DNA of 64,000 nt from Terricaulis sp. (GTDB taxonomy: Bacteria > Pseudomonadota > Alphaproteobacteria > Caulobacterales > Aquidulcibacteraceae), in NCBI RefSeq assembly GCF_044224985.1, contig NZ_JBGAJJ010000006.1; one strand, 5' to 3'. The notes beneath the pieces were generated by a model. That model had not been told where the DNA came from. It did not search any database and was given only the letters and a program-made list of their open reading frames with translations. This document shows positions 18,406 to 29,230 of the stretch, piece after piece (within the stretch, counting starts at the first letter, position 1; each line of letters starts with the position of its first letter). Both the position numbers and the translations under genes were made by a program.

Positions 18406-18752
18406 TGTTCGTTCGACCCACTGGTCGCATCGAAGCTGTTCGTCTGCTTTGCGGTCGAGACGGCCCAATGTCTGCTTTTGGGATTTTTGCGACCTTACTG
18501 ATGACCGGAATGGCCCTCCATTCCTGTCGCTCGTAACTTTGTGTCGGCAGGGGAGGGATTGGCCCTTTCCGGTCGCTAGCTCTTGCTCGCGAAGTGTCCG
18601 ATTCGCACCCGAATCCGGACTTTGCCTATCGACCGTCGCGTTTCTGAGACGGGGCAAATTCGGAAGCGATGCGTCCTGCCCAAGAGGCGCGACAACGGAC
18701 GTTGGTAGAGCGCGCTTGCCAAGGCAGGATTGAGCGGTCGAGTAGTGGTTTC

Positions 18753-20144
18753 CTAGGCTGCGGACGGGTGGCGCGCGCCGCCTTGATACGCGTCGAAGGC
18801 CTGCGCGACGAGGGGGCAGAAGGGACGCATTGCCTCGGGTATAACGAGCTGATCATCGTTGATCACTACCAAGCCGTCCGCCGCGAGAGGCGAGAGGAGG
18901 TCCAGTTCGTGCATAAAGGCGCCCCGGCCGCCAAGTGGTTGCAGATTCACGGCGAAATCGCACATTAGACGTTCGATCAACCAGCGGCGCCGCTCGTCCT
19001 CGGCGGTCAGTGCGTGGCCACGCGCCGAGGCCAGGCGTTCTGCTCCAATCGCGCGCCGCCAAGCCCCGACGCCGCTCAGGTTCTGAACATAGCCTTGCGG
19101 CGTTGTCGAAATGGCGGACGGGCCAAAGCCGATGATCGCGCCTGGCGCTGAGGCAGCGTAGCCCTGAAGGCTCCGGTGGAGCGCGCCACCGGCGGTCGCC
19201 AAAGCCAACGGGTCGTCGGGCTTGGCGAAGTGATCCATGCCGATGGCGACGTAGCCGCGCTTGAGTAGGGCGCGGCGTGCGGCAAGCGCATGATCGTAAC
19301 GATCGCGCGCGTTGGGCAGCGTTGTCTCGTCAATGACCCGTTGGCGGCGCTTGAGCCACGGCACATGTGAGTATTCGAAGAGCGCAATGCGATCGGGTTT
19401 CAACCTCACCGCCAGTTCTATTGTTTCCAGTACATCGAGCAGTGATTGACCGGGCAATCCGTACATCAGGTCGAAGCTGATGTGGGAAACGCCGACGCTG
19501 CGAAGCAAGGAAACTGCGTGGGCGACTTGATCGAATGGCTGATCACGTCCGATGACATGCTGCACATGCGACGCGAACGTCTGCACGCCAAGGGATGCGC
19601 GATTGACTCCGCATGCCGCGTAAGTCGTGGCCAGATCCTCGCTCAGCGAGCGCGGGTCAATTTCCACGCTGTGCGCCAGCGGCTGCGCGAGGTCGAACCA
19701 GAAGTCGAGGTGATGGAGGATTTGCTTGAATTGCCGAGCACTGAGGATGTTCGGCGTGCCGCCGCCCCAGTGTATTTCGTCAACGCAGTGGCTGCCGGCG
19801 GCGGCGGCGACTAGATCAATCTCTTTCAGCACCGTTTCCGTGAAATCGGCGGTGTCGCCGGGATGGGCCGCGTTGGTGTTGCATCCGCAATACCAGCAGA
19901 TGCGCTTGCAGTAAGGAACGTAGATGTAAAGCGAGAGCGATGCATCAGCCGGGAGCGCTCGGAGCCACGTCCGATGAACAGCGGCATCTACCTCCGGCCC
20001 AAAGTAGGACGCGCTGGGGTAGCTCGTGTAACGCGGTGCTTGACGCTCCGCATAGGGCAGAAGGCGCGGCTCCATGCCTGCACCGTCTCGCTTGCGAGCT
20101 CCGAAGAGTTTGACATCCGTCAAGCGCCGGTGCGGCGCAAGCAC
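18753..20144 (-). CDS. hemN: oxygen-independent coproporphyrinogen III oxidase (radical SAM)
   Basis: PRYTSYPSA and YIYVPYCKRICWYCGCN (CxxxCxxC radical-SAM cluster) plus HWGGGTP. The start may be the internal MEPRLLPY (~20075). Confidence 0.85.
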   Translation of the reverse strand: MLAPHRRLTDVKLFGARKRDGAGMEPRLLPYAERQAPRYTSYPSASYFGPEVDAAVHRTWLRALPADASLSLYIYVPYCKRICWYCGCNTNAAHPGDTADFTETVLKEIDLVAAAAGSHCVDEIHWGGGTPNILSARQFKQILHHLDFWFDLAQPLAHSVEIDPRSLSEDLATTYAACGVNRASLGVQTFASHVQHVIGRDQPFDQVAHAVSLLRSVGVSHISFDLMYGLPGQSLLDVLETIELAVRLKPDRIALFEYSHVPWLKRRQRVIDETTLPNARDRYDHALAARRALLKRGYVAIGMDHFAKPDDPLALATAGGALHRSLQGYAASAPGAIIGFGPSAISTTPQGYVQNLSGVGAWRRAIGAERLASARGHALTAEDERRRWLIERLMCDFAVNLQPLGGRGAFMHELDLLSPLAADGLVVINDDQLVIPEAMRPFCPLVAQAFDAYQGGARHPSAA

Positions 20145-20147
20145 GCA

Positions 20148-21329
20148 CTAAAAGTCGAGTACCTTGACGATATCGCCGGCCCCTGCGGCCGGCGCGTTGG
20201 CCGCACGCATCATCAACGCGTTCGAGGCGGCGAACACAGAGAGCAGGGAGGAATCCTGATTGGCAGGGCAGGTCGCCCAGGTTTGCCCGAACTCATCGGA
20301 CTGAAGGCGGGCGCGAAGATAGGTCTCCCGTGGCCCGTTCGCAGGAAGCGCCGCGGCGGTCCGCGCGGCGCGCAGGCTGAGCTGTGTGTCGCGGCCCAGT
20401 ATCCGCTCGACGAGCGGTCGCAAGAAGAGCTGTGCACACACCAGCGCAGAGGCGGGATTTCCGGGCAGTCCCAGCACGAGCTTGCCCTCGCAGCGGGCGA
20501 ACCAGGTAGGTTTGCCGGGGCGCAGGGAGACTTTCTCGAACAAGAACTCGCCGCCAAGGCGTCGCACTGCAGCGCGGGCGTGATCGTGATCGCCTACGGA
20601 GGCGCCGCCGATGACGACGACAATGTCGGCGCCGACAAGCGCGTCGCTAACTCGCCTCGATATGACTTCTGAATTGTCCGCGAAGGGCGCGCCGCGCGCA
20701 GCCTCTGCGCCCCATTGATCGACAAGTGCGCAAACGCCGTAGTTCACCGAGTCGAAGATTTGGTGTGGCCCAGGCGTCGCGCCCGGCGGCACGATTTCGT
20801 CGCCGCCCGACAGCACAGTCACGCGCGGCGCGCGTGTGACGCGCAATGTGGCGCGGCCAGCTGCGGCCGCGAGTGCGACGTGTACTGGGCGCAGGACCGC
20901 TCCGGGCGTCAGCAATACCGTGCCGGCGGCGAAGTCGACGCCGGCAGCGCGAATGTGCCGGCGCGATTCAACGGGCGGTGCGGACACTTCGTCGCCATTT
21001 CGCTCGGCGTCTTCCTGGATGAGCACGGCATCCGCGCCCGCCGGCAACGGCGCGCCGGTGAAAATGCGCGCGCATTCGCCCGCGCCGAGGGCATGGTCAT
21101 ATCCGTGCCCAGCGCCGGCCTCGCCGACGACACGCAGGCGGCCGGGCGTGTCGGCGCTGCGCAAGGCGTAGCCGTCCATCGCCGACGCGGCGAACGGAGG
21201 ATGCGCGCGACCCGCGACCACGGGCTCGCGCAAAGTGCGCCCAAGCGCGGTCTCCAGCTCGACGACTTCGTCCGGGAGCGGGCAGGCTTGGGCGATGATG
21301 ATCGCGCGCGCCTCGGCGACCGAAATCAT
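20148..21329 (-). CDS. moeA: molybdopterin molybdotransferase
   Basis: 393 aa. MoeA pattern ([49 protein letters not shown]). Confidence 0.85.
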   Translation of the reverse strand: MISVAEARAIIIAQACPLPDEVVELETALGRTLREPVVAGRAHPPFAASAMDGYALRSADTPGRLRVVGEAGAGHGYDHALGAGECARIFTGAPLPAGADAVLIQEDAERNGDEVSAPPVESRRHIRAAGVDFAAGTVLLTPGAVLRPVHVALAAAAGRATLRVTRAPRVTVLSGGDEIVPPGATPGPHQIFDSVNYGVCALVDQWGAEAARGAPFADNSEVISRRVSDALVGADIVVVIGGASVGDHDHARAAVRRLGGEFLFEKVSLRPGKPTWFARCEGKLVLGLPGNPASALVCAQLFLRPLVERILGRDTQLSLRAARTAAALPANGPRETYLRARLQSDEFGQTWATCPANQDSSLLSVFAASNALMMRAANAPAAGAGDIVKVLDF

Positions 21330-21811
21330 GGCTCGCCTCGCTTGTAGTCGCCGGATGCGCCGCCGCTTTTGGTCATTAGCGCGATGTTGTCGATCACCAT
21401 GTTGCGGTCGATCGCTTTCAGCATGTCGTAAATCGCGAGGCAGGCGACGCTGACCGCGGTGAGCGCTTCCATTTCGACGCCGGTTTGGCCGACCGTCTTG
21501 GCGCGCGCCGTCACGACAAACGCGTGCGATGCGGTGTCGGTTGCGACTTCCACCTTGAGACTTGAAAGCGGCAGCGGATGGCAGAGCGGGATGAGATCGG
21601 CCGTGCGCTTGCCGGCCATTACGCCCGCGATCTCGGCGACAGCACGCACGTCACCCTTCGGCGATCCCGCTTCAAGCACGCGCGCGAACGTTTCCGGCGC
21701 CATCCGGACGCGGCCGCTTGCCATTGCCTCGCGCGCGGTCACGGGCTTGTCGGCGACATCGACCATGCGCGCGCGCCCAGCGTCGTCGAGGTGGGTGAGA
21801 CGTTGGTTCAT
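21326..21811 (-). CDS. moaC: cyclic pyranopterin monophosphate synthase accessory protein
   Basis: 161 aa from [19 protein letters not shown]. Contains [29 protein letters not shown] and [13 protein letters not shown]. The longer ORF-track version (to 22150) is an N-terminal artefact. Confidence 0.85.
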   Translation of the reverse strand: MNQRLTHLDDAGRARMVDVADKPVTAREAMASGRVRMAPETFARVLEAGSPKGDVRAVAEIAGVMAGKRTADLIPLCHPLPLSSLKVEVATDTASHAFVVTARAKTVGQTGVEMEALTAVSVACLAIYDMLKAIDRNMVIDNIALMTKSGGASGDYKRGEP

Positions 21812-21813
21812 CC

Positions 21814-22362
21814 CTAGCGCTCCGTGAGACGCGGCATGATCTCGACCAGATTGCAGGGCATGTGGCGGCTGTCCAACTGCCAGCGGATAATCTTTTCCCA
21901 ACCGTCTTTGCAGGCGCCGTTCGAGCCGGGCAGTGCAAAGATGAATTTGCCGCGCGTGACGCCGGCGCAGGCGCGCGACTGCAACGTGGAGAGACCGACG
22001 CTCTGATAACTCAGCATGTGCCAGACCACCGCAAACCCTTCGATCTCCTTCTCGAAGATGGGCTTCAGCGCTTCCGGCGTAACGTCGCGGCCCGTCAACC
22101 CCGTGCCGCCGGTGCTGATGATGACGTCGATCTGGGGATCGGCGATCCAATCGTTCACTTGTGCGCGAATGGCGCCGGCGTCGTCGCGCACGACCGCGCG
22201 GGCCGCCACGACGTGACCGTCGCGTTTGGCGCGATCGGCCAACAGCGCGCCGGATGTGTCGGTTTCCTCATCGCGCGTATCCGAGACTGTGAGCACGGCG
22301 ATGCGCACGGGCTTGAACGGCAGCGTCTCGTCGATGCGGCAGGTCTGAGAAAGCTCGGTCAT
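21814..22362 (-). CDS. moaB: molybdenum cofactor biosynthesis protein B (MoaB/Mog family)
   Basis: Start MTELSQ. Contains [10 protein letters not shown] and [24 protein letters not shown] overlap with the moaE stop. Confidence 0.8.
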   Translation of the reverse strand: MTELSQTCRIDETLPFKPVRIAVLTVSDTRDEETDTSGALLADRAKRDGHVVAARAVVRDDAGAIRAQVNDWIADPQIDVIISTGGTGLTGRDVTPEALKPIFEKEIEGFAVVWHMLSYQSVGLSTLQSRACAGVTRGKFIFALPGSNGACKDGWEKIIRWQLDSRHMPCNLVEIMPRLTER

Positions 22363-22817
22363 TTCAGGTGCTCCGCGCGGCGCGCGTAGTCGGCCGCGTT
22401 GGGTTCGATCCATCGTGCGCCATGGGGTCCCGCTTCGCGCTTCCAAAACGGCGCGTCCGTCTTGAGATAGTCCATCATCTCAGCCACCGCCGCGAACGCG
22501 GCGGTGCGATGGCTGCTGAGCGTGGCGACGAGGACAATCGGATCGTGCGCAGGTATCGCGCCCACGCGGTGAATGACGAGGAGAGCAAGAAGGGCGTGGC
22601 GCGCCGCCACGCGTTCTGCGAGGCGTGTCACTTCAGCTTCGGTGAAGCCCGGATAGTGGTCGAGTTCGAGATGACTGACGGCGCCATCGGCGGACGCGTC
22701 GCGGCAATAGCCGACGAAGCTGGCCATGGCCCCCGCCTGGCCGCCGCGGGCGTGCGCGAACGCGCGCAACTCGTCGTCTGGCAAGAATGGCTCAGAGGTG
22801 ATGATTACGCGGATCAT
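22359..22817 (-). CDS. moaE: molybdopterin synthase catalytic subunit
   Basis: 152 aa. Contains GAMASFVGYCRD, HLELDHYPGFTE and HRTAAFAAVAEMMDYLKTDAPFWKRE. Confidence 0.8.
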   Translation of the reverse strand: MIRVIITSEPFLPDDELRAFAHARGGQAGAMASFVGYCRDASADGAVSHLELDHYPGFTEAEVTRLAERVAARHALLALLVIHRVGAIPAHDPIVLVATLSSHRTAAFAAVAEMMDYLKTDAPFWKREAGPHGARWIEPNAADYARRAEHLK

Positions 22818-23548
22818 GTTGCGATCGCCAGGGCGGCGAGCCCGAGTACAATGCCGAGCACGCGCAACACGCCGCGCTTATCCAGCCCCCTGAGACTCCA
22901 GGTCGTGCCGATCAGCGCGCCGGCGACGGCGGCGACAATGAGCCAGGGGAGGTAGGACGGCAGCAGCGCCAGCGATACCGTTCGTCCAGCGAGGCCGGCC
23001 ACAGAGTTTGCGACGATGAAGCACGCGGCGATGCCGATTGCGCGTTGCGGATCGCTCCATCCCGTGAAGACGAGCAATGGCGAGAGATAGACGCCGCCGC
23101 CAATGCCGGTCAGACCCGCTAGCGCGCCAAGTCCGAGACCGGCCGGGAGCGCCACCAGTTTCGACGGCCTGACGCTGGGTTTGATCGCGTCGATTTGCGG
23201 CCACACCAGATAGCGCACTGCGGCGGCCGCGAGCGCCAACGCCAGAAGCGGGCGGTAGACTTCCTCCGGCACATCGACCCGCCCCGCAATGTAGGCGGCG
23301 GGGATCGCCGTCACCGCAAACGGCCAAAAGACATGCCAGTCGAAGCGGCCTGCGCGCACCAGGCGCAGCGCGCCAAGCCCAGCGACGACGATATTGAGAA
23401 TGAGCGCTGCGGGCCGGATTTCCTCGGGCGCCAGGCCGGCGAGGGCCATGAGGGCGATGTATGCCGAGGCGCCGCCGTGCCCGACGGACGAATAGAGAGC
23501 GGCCGCCGCGGTTACCGTGAGGGCAAGGAGGATGATGGGTTCATTCAC
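22814..23548 (-). CDS. TauE/SafE-family (sulfite-exporter-like) integral membrane anion transporter
   Basis: GTG 23548 with RBS GGAGG 6 nt upstream. Polytopic hydrophobic protein with the family-typical duplicated G-rich helices (SSVGHGGASAYIALM, GLTGIGGGVYLSPLL). Embedded between moaD and moaE. Confidence 0.7.
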   Translation of the reverse strand: MNEPIILLALTVTAAAALYSSVGHGGASAYIALMALAGLAPEEIRPAALILNIVVAGLGALRLVRAGRFDWHVFWPFAVTAIPAAYIAGRVDVPEEVYRPLLALALAAAAVRYLVWPQIDAIKPSVRPSKLVALPAGLGLGALAGLTGIGGGVYLSPLLVFTGWSDPQRAIGIAACFIVANSVAGLAGRTVSLALLPSYLPWLIVAAVAGALIGTTWSLRGLDKRGVLRVLGIVLGLAALAIAT

Positions 23549-23550
23549 GA

Positions 23551-23805
23551 TCAGCCTCCGCTCAGGGGCGACATGAAGGCGATCTCGGCCGCGCCACCCG
23601 CGCACTGGTCATCGCGTGTGCAAAAGCTGCGGTCGACGGCAACACGAACGCCCGGCGCGTGCAGGGCTTTGCCCAAGACCGGATCGCGCGCCGCCAGCCA
23701 AGCGCGGACGTCGGCGACGCTCGACACCTGTTGCGGCAGGTCGCAGAGCATTTCGCTGCAGCCTGCGACATCCCGGAGTCGTCCGAAAAAGAGGATCGTG
23801 GTCAT
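23551..23805 (-). CDS. moaD: molybdopterin synthase sulfur-carrier subunit
   Basis: 84 aa, ubiquitin-like size, C-terminal ...MSPLSGG (Gly-Gly terminus). Overlaps the moaA stop. Confidence 0.8.
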   Translation of the reverse strand: MTTILFFGRLRDVAGCSEMLCDLPQQVSSVADVRAWLAARDPVLGKALHAPGVRVAVDRSFCTRDDQCAGGAAEIAFMSPLSGG

Positions 23806-24794
23806 CCGCCGGTCACCGACATGTGCCGCGTCGTGGCCGGTTGGGAGAGACGCTCGATGTGAAAGTCATGCCCCTTCGGGCGCAACGCGATCGCTGCCTC
23901 GATGGCGTCCTGCAGCAGGGCATCATCTTGGCTCGCACGCAGCGGTGCACGAAGGTCGACAGAGGTCTCGTGCCCGAGGCAGAGATAGAGTCTGCCGGTG
24001 CAGGTGAGGCGCACGCGCGAGCATCCCTCGCAAAAATTGTGCGTCAGCGGGGTGATGAAGCCCAGCCGGCCGCCGGTTTCCTCCACCCGGACGTAGCGGG
24101 CGGGTCCGCCGGTGCGGTCCGGCAGATCGTGGAGCGTCCAATAACTGCGCATGTCCTCGTGCACGCGCGCGAGCGAGAGAAACTGGTCGGTGCGGTCCTC
24201 ATCGATCTCACCCAGCGGCATCGTCTCGATCAGGGTGATGTCGTGGCCGCGCGCGTGCGCCCATTTCACCAGATCTGGTATTTCGTGCGCGTTGTCGTGC
24301 TTGAGCGCAACGGTGTTGATCTTGACCTTCAATCCGGCCGCGACCGCCGCATCGATACCCGCGAGCACTTGTGGCAGCCTGTCGCGCCTGGCGATGCGCG
24401 CGAACGTCTCGCGGTCGAGTGAATCGACAGAGACGTTGACGCGCCGGATGCCGGCTTCGAAGAGGTCTTGCGCGAAATCCGCGAGTTGCACGCCGTTGGT
24501 CGTAAGCGTGATTTCGTCCAGGCCGGCGCCGAGATGGCGACGCATGCTACGCACGAGTTCGAGGAAGCCTTTGCGGACCAGAGGTTCGCCGCCGGTGAAG
24601 CGGAGACGGCGCACCCCGCGCCCTACGAAGGCGGTGCAAAGACGCTCAAGCTCTTCCAACGTGAGCAATTCGTCCCGCGGCAGGAAGCGCATGCGCTCAC
24701 GCATGCAATAGATGCATCGCAGATCGCAGCGATCGGTCACGGAAACCCGCAGGTAAGTGACGGCGCGGCCGAATGGGTCGACGAGCGGCTTCAT
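23802..24794 (-). CDS. moaA: GTP 3',8-cyclase (radical SAM)
   Basis: [18 protein letters not shown] (CxxxCxxC), TGGEPL and a C-terminal [14 protein letters not shown] cluster. Confidence 0.9.
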   Translation of the reverse strand: MKPLVDPFGRAVTYLRVSVTDRCDLRCIYCMRERMRFLPRDELLTLEELERLCTAFVGRGVRRLRFTGGEPLVRKGFLELVRSMRRHLGAGLDEITLTTNGVQLADFAQDLFEAGIRRVNVSVDSLDRETFARIARRDRLPQVLAGIDAAVAAGLKVKINTVALKHDNAHEIPDLVKWAHARGHDITLIETMPLGEIDEDRTDQFLSLARVHEDMRSYWTLHDLPDRTGGPARYVRVEETGGRLGFITPLTHNFCEGCSRVRLTCTGRLYLCLGHETSVDLRAPLRASQDDALLQDAIEAAIALRPKGHDFHIERLSQPATTRHMSVTGG

Positions 24795-25396
24795 GCCTGG
24801 TGCTCCAGCGCAGCGAGGGCCGCAGGCGTATTGGCGTTAGCGAACGCTGCGTCGTCACTGAAGCGGACATCGGCGGCGCCGATATCGCGGAGCAGGTGGT
24901 GAACGGGCGGATGGCCACCGCTTCGAAGCTGAGCTTCCAGTTGCGATCGCAGATCGACACGCCAAACCGCGCAGAGCGGATGGGGCCCTTGCTCCGTCAC
25001 AGCGTACGCAGCGCAGGCGCCGCCGATGCCCCGAAGCAACACGGCAAACAGGTTGCGAGGAAGAAGCGGTGCGTCGCACGGCGCCGTCGCCACGTAACCG
25101 AAACTCTGGCGCTGAGCCCAAGACATGGCTGCGGCCACGCCCGCCAGAGGGCCGGCGGCGAAGCCAGGATTGTCGGGAAGAATCTCAAGACCAAGCTCGG
25201 CCGCACGCCGGGCCGCGGCCGAACCGCAGCGCGCGCTCACGGCGAAGCCGGCGAGTGGTGCGAAGCATTCGGCTACGACGTCCATCATGGGGCGGCCATT
25301 CAAGACGGCGACGCTTTTCTCGCTGCCAAAGCGGGACGAGCGGCCGCCGGCAAGCAACACGCCGCCGACGTCCGAGAGCCTCGCCGCATCAGCCAT
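24791..25396 (-). CDS. mobA: molybdenum cofactor guanylyltransferase
   Basis: 201 aa. Contains [17 protein letters not shown] and [10 protein letters not shown]. Confidence 0.8.
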   Translation of the reverse strand: MADAARLSDVGGVLLAGGRSSRFGSEKSVAVLNGRPMMDVVAECFAPLAGFAVSARCGSAAARRAAELGLEILPDNPGFAAGPLAGVAAAMSWAQRQSFGYVATAPCDAPLLPRNLFAVLLRGIGGACAAYAVTEQGPHPLCAVWRVDLRSQLEAQLRSGGHPPVHHLLRDIGAADVRFSDDAAFANANTPAALAALEHQA

Positions 25397-26276
25397 GACG
25401 CTTGCCCGTGCTCGTCACCGCATCCGGGGAACTGGCGCGATAGCGTTCCGAAGACCAAATCTCGGCGTCGGCGTCGGCAATGATCTCGCCGCTTCGCGGC
25501 GCGTGGTTATCGATCAATGGATCGGGCTTCGCCAAGGCTTCAAGCGCCGCGACATTGCGTAGCGTCACTACCGCGCCGTTGACGCTGACGCCGTGCTGCT
25601 GCAGCGCCGCGAACGCGCGTGAGAGGTTCTCCGGCGTCATACCGAGCAATGACGCTAACACGCGCTTTTCGTGGTGGAGCCGCACCACGCCGTCCGAATT
25701 GTCCGAGGCGCGCAGCGCGAGCAGGTAGTTCGCAAGACGCTCCGTGCTGTTGCGCAATTTGTGGTTCTTGATCGTGCGGACGAGGCCGCGGTAGCAGCCC
25801 GCCAGATCGCGTGATACCGCCATGGCGAAACGCGCGTCGAGCCGCATCGCCGTGCGGATAGCGTCGCCCGGGATCATGAGGATCTCGCAACGCTCAAGCG
25901 TACGGGCCGACATCAGAGCCTCGGCGTCGAGCACGGCCGCGGCCAGAATGAAAGTCGAGACCGGGCGGAGGATCGCCATGACGGTTTCTCGATCGTTCCA
26001 GGTGCCGTGCAGCTCAACCTGGCCGTCCAAGAGGACGTAGAGAAAGTCGACCGGGTCGCCTTCAAGCAGGAGAACCGTGCCGGCGGGGAAGCGCTGCAGA
26101 TGGGCGCCTGCGGTCGCAACACGAAAAGTGTCTGGCGCGACATCGGCAAAGAAGGGCAGCGCCTTCACCCGCTCCAGGTCGCTTGCGCGCAACGCCGCCT
26201 CCATCAATCGCGACCCTTGTGGCGCCATTTCCCGCCACTGGAATTGATGCAGATCAAGCGGAGGACGATCCTGCAT
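25389..26276 (-). CDS. Crp/Fnr-family transcriptional regulator lacking an N-terminal Cys cluster (NarR-like)
   Basis: cNMP-binding-like beta-roll (FPAGTVLLLEGDPVDFLYVLLDGQVEL) plus C-terminal HTH (RVLASLLGMTPENLSRAFAALQQHGV). No FNR-type cysteines. Divergent from narK, as in Paracoccus narR. Confidence 0.75.
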   Translation of the reverse strand: MQDRPPLDLHQFQWREMAPQGSRLMEAALRASDLERVKALPFFADVAPDTFRVATAGAHLQRFPAGTVLLLEGDPVDFLYVLLDGQVELHGTWNDRETVMAILRPVSTFILAAAVLDAEALMSARTLERCEILMIPGDAIRTAMRLDARFAMAVSRDLAGCYRGLVRTIKNHKLRNSTERLANYLLALRASDNSDGVVRLHHEKRVLASLLGMTPENLSRAFAALQQHGVSVNGAVVTLRNVAALEALAKPDPLIDNHAPRSGEIIADADAEIWSSERYRASSPDAVTSTGKRHG

Positions 26277-26387
26277 GATCGGTGTGAGCTCGTTTGATGT
26301 TTGTCAGTTTCGTGGTCCCACAAAGGTCAATTGTGCGGCGCAAAACCTGAAGTTCGGCGCAAAAAGTCGTGCGTTGTCGCCACTAGC

Positions 26388-26401
26388 TTGATTTGCATCA
26401 A
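26388..26401. promoter_or_regulatory. perfect FNR/FixK-type box TTGAT-TTGC-ATCAA
   Basis: Perfect match to consensus TTGAT-N4-ATCAA in the narR-like/narK divergent intergenic region, ~81 nt upstream of the narK ATG. Confidence 0.65.
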
Positions 26402-26475
26402 ACGCCCCGGGCGCGATCTGCGTCTCGGTGACAAGCGCAGGCAGAGGTTCTGCTTGCGATCCTTGGGGCGTACTC

Positions 26476-29220
26476 ATGGCGATGAGAGATGATGCAGTTC
26501 AGCGCAGCGGCGCCAACAGCGCGCTCTGGTTCAGCACCCTTGCATTCACCGCGAGCTTTGCGGTGTGGACCATCTTCTCGATCATCGGTGTGCAGATCGA
26601 GGCGAATCTCGGCCTCAACGAGACTCAATTCGGTCTGCTGATCGGCACACCTATTCTTACCGGGTCGTTGATCCGGTTGTTTCTCGGCATCTGGACCGAC
26701 CAGTACGGCGGCCGCGTTATCTTTCCGCTGGTCATGCTTGCGGCGGCGGTGGCGACATTCTTGCTGTCGTACGCCGAGACCTATTCGCAGTTTCTGATCG
26801 CCGCGTTGGGCGTCGGCATCGCCGGCGGCACCTTCGCCGTGGGCGTGACGTACGTCTCGAAGTTTTACGCTCCCGGCAGCCAAGGCACGGCGCTCGGCGT
26901 ATTCGGCGCCGGCAATATCGGCGCGGCGGTGACCAAATTCATTGCGCCGTTCGTGCTGATCGCCATGGGTTGGCAGGCGGTGGCGCAGATCTGGGCGGTT
27001 GGTCTCGTCGCGATCGCTGTCCTGTTCTTCCTCTTCACAAAAGACGACCCAGAACTGGCCGAGCGGCGCGCGAAAGGGACGAAACCCCGCAGCATGATTG
27101 AGCAGTTCGCGCCGCTTAAGAACATCCAGGTCTGGCGCTTCTCGCTCTACTATTTCTTCGTCTTCGGCGCATTCGTCGCGCTGGCGCTTTGGCTGCCACG
27201 CTATCTGATCGGCGTCTATCATCTGGACTTGAAGACCGCGGGCATGCTGGCAGCCGCGTTCTCGGTGCCGGCTTCGCTCTTCCGCGTCTATGGCGGCCAT
27301 CTCTCCGACAAGGTCGGTGCGCGGCAGGTCATGTATTGGACCTTCCTTGTCGCCGCGGCGGTGACGTTCCTGCTCTCATATCCGCCCACCAGCTATGTGA
27401 TCGACGGCATCCACGGGCCGATCGCATTCCGGCTGGAGACGGGGCTCGCGACGTTCACGGTGCTTGTGTTCGTGCTCGGCTTTTTCATGAGCTTGGGCAA
27501 GGCCGCGGTCTACAAGCACATCCCCGTCTACTACCCGAAGGATGTCGGCGCCGTCGGCGGCCTCGTCGGCATGATCGGCGGCTTGGGCGGCTTCGTACTG
27601 CCGATCGTGTTCGGTGTTCTCAACGATCTCACCGGCATCTGGACCAGCTGCTTCATGCTGCTGTTCGTGATCGTGTCCGGCGCACTGGTTTGGATGCACT
27701 TCGCCATCCGGCAGATGGAGCGCGAGGCGATCGGTAAGGAACTGGAAGCGCTGCCGCAATTCCCGGAAATGCAGCCGATCCACGAGCCTGCCAGGCACAA
27801 GCCGCCGCTCGCGGGCCTGGTGGCCGATTGGCGCCCGGAAGACCCGGTGTTCTGGAACGAGAAGGGCAAGAAGACCGCCGCGCGCAACCTCTGGATTTCG
27901 ATTCCGGCGCTCTTCCTCTCGTTCGCCGTGTGGATGGTGTGGTCGGTGGTGGTCGCAAAGCTGCCGAAGATCGGTTTCGACTACACGACCGATCAGCTGT
28001 TCTGGCTCGCCGCGTTGCCGGGCCTCTCGGGCGCGACGCTGCGCATCTTCTATTCCTTCATGGTCCCGGTGTTCGGCGGACGGTTGTGGACGACGCTAAC
28101 GACTTGGTCGTTGCTTGCGCCGGCGCTGGGCATCGGTTTCGCCGTACAGAACCCGGAGACGCCTTACTGGATCATGCTTGGGCTGGCGCTGCTGTGCGGC
28201 CTGGGTGGAGGCAACTTCGCGTCCTCGATGTCGAATATCGGCTTCTTCTTCCCGCGCGCAGAGAAGGGCAATGCGCTCGCTCTGAACGCGGGGCTCGGTA
28301 ATCTCGGCGTCAGCGCCATGCAATTTCTGGTGCCGATCGTCATCACCGTCGCCGTGTTCGGCGCCTTCGGCGGCCATGGCCAGACAACACAGGGCGGCGA
28401 GACGCTGTTCATGCAGAACGCCGGCTTCATCTGGGTCCCGTTCATTGTCATTTCGGCGTTCATGGCCTGGTTCGGCATGAACGATCTTTCCACCGCGAAG
28501 GCATCCTTTACTGAGCAGTCGGTGATCTTCGGACGCACGCACAATTGGATCATGTGCTGGCTCTATACCGGCACGTTCGGTTCGTTCATCGGCTTCTCGG
28601 CGGCGTTCCCGCTGCTGACCAGCACACAGTTTCCGGACGTGAACGTGCTGCAGATCGCGTTTCTCGGACCGTTGGTCGGTGCGCTGTCGCGATCGCTGAC
28701 CGGTTGGGTCGCCGACCGCTTCGGCGGGGCGCGCGTCACGCTCGGTGTCTTCGCGCTGATGATGCTGGGCACGATGGGTGTCATCTACTTCCTTACCAAC
28801 AAGGATGCGCCGGGCGCCTTCTGGGGCTTTTTCGCATGTTTCATCGTGCTCTTCTTTGCGAGCGGTGTCGGCAACGCCTCCACGTTCCAGATGATCCCGG
28901 CGATCATGCGCAAGGAAGTAGCGCGGCTCATGCCCTCGCTCGCGGCCCCGGATCAGTTGAAGCAAGCGGAGAAGGAAGCGGCCGCCATCACCGGATTCAC
29001 GTCGGCGATCGCCGCTTTCGGCGCCTTCTTTATTCCGAAGAGCTTCGGCCTCTCCATTGAGGCGACGGGCGCTGCGACCGCCGCCTTGATCGGCTTCCTG
29101 GTCTTCTACGTGTCATGCCTGGCGATCACCTGGTTCGTGTATGCGCGCCCGGGCGGATTGCTGTTCGACGTTGAAAATAAGCGCCGGACGCCGGCGGACG
29201 CCGCCAAAGCGACGAGCTGA
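26476..29220 (+). CDS. narK: fused two-domain NarK nitrate/nitrite MFS transporter (NarK1-NarK2 type)
   Basis: ~914 aa, made of two tandem 12-TM MFS halves. Each half has NarK-like G-rich motifs (GTALGVFGAGNIGAAV / NALALNAGLGNLGVSA). Lies immediately upstream of narG. Confidence 0.85.
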   Translation: MAMRDDAVQRSGANSALWFSTLAFTASFAVWTIFSIIGVQIEANLGLNETQFGLLIGTPILTGSLIRLFLGIWTDQYGGRVIFPLVMLAAAVATFLLSYAETYSQFLIAALGVGIAGGTFAVGVTYVSKFYAPGSQGTALGVFGAGNIGAAVTKFIAPFVLIAMGWQAVAQIWAVGLVAIAVLFFLFTKDDPELAERRAKGTKPRSMIEQFAPLKNIQVWRFSLYYFFVFGAFVALALWLPRYLIGVYHLDLKTAGMLAAAFSVPASLFRVYGGHLSDKVGARQVMYWTFLVAAAVTFLLSYPPTSYVIDGIHGPIAFRLETGLATFTVLVFVLGFFMSLGKAAVYKHIPVYYPKDVGAVGGLVGMIGGLGGFVLPIVFGVLNDLTGIWTSCFMLLFVIVSGALVWMHFAIRQMEREAIGKELEALPQFPEMQPIHEPARHKPPLAGLVADWRPEDPVFWNEKGKKTAARNLWISIPALFLSFAVWMVWSVVVAKLPKIGFDYTTDQLFWLAALPGLSGATLRIFYSFMVPVFGGRLWTTLTTWSLLAPALGIGFAVQNPETPYWIMLGLALLCGLGGGNFASSMSNIGFFFPRAEKGNALALNAGLGNLGVSAMQFLVPIVITVAVFGAFGGHGQTTQGGETLFMQNAGFIWVPFIVISAFMAWFGMNDLSTAKASFTEQSVIFGRTHNWIMCWLYTGTFGSFIGFSAAFPLLTSTQFPDVNVLQIAFLGPLVGALSRSLTGWVADRFGGARVTLGVFALMMLGTMGVIYFLTNKDAPGAFWGFFACFIVLFFASGVGNASTFQMIPAIMRKEVARLMPSLAAPDQLKQAEKEAAAITGFTSAIAAFGAFFIPKSFGLSIEATGAATAALIGFLVFYVSCLAITWFVYARPGGLLFDVENKRRTPADAAKATS

Positions 29221-29230
29221 AGGACGCAAG

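Noticed and set aside
5224-18750. Idea that only the int-to-TIR segment (~13.5 kb) is the mobile element, with its own second att site near 18.4-18.75 kb.
   Set aside because: I found no copy or obvious degenerate copy of the 47-bp tRNA-Asn repeat in the 18406-18752 intergenic region or elsewhere. The only matching partner is the intact tRNA at 47.4 kb. A decayed internal att site cannot be excluded without an alignment tool.
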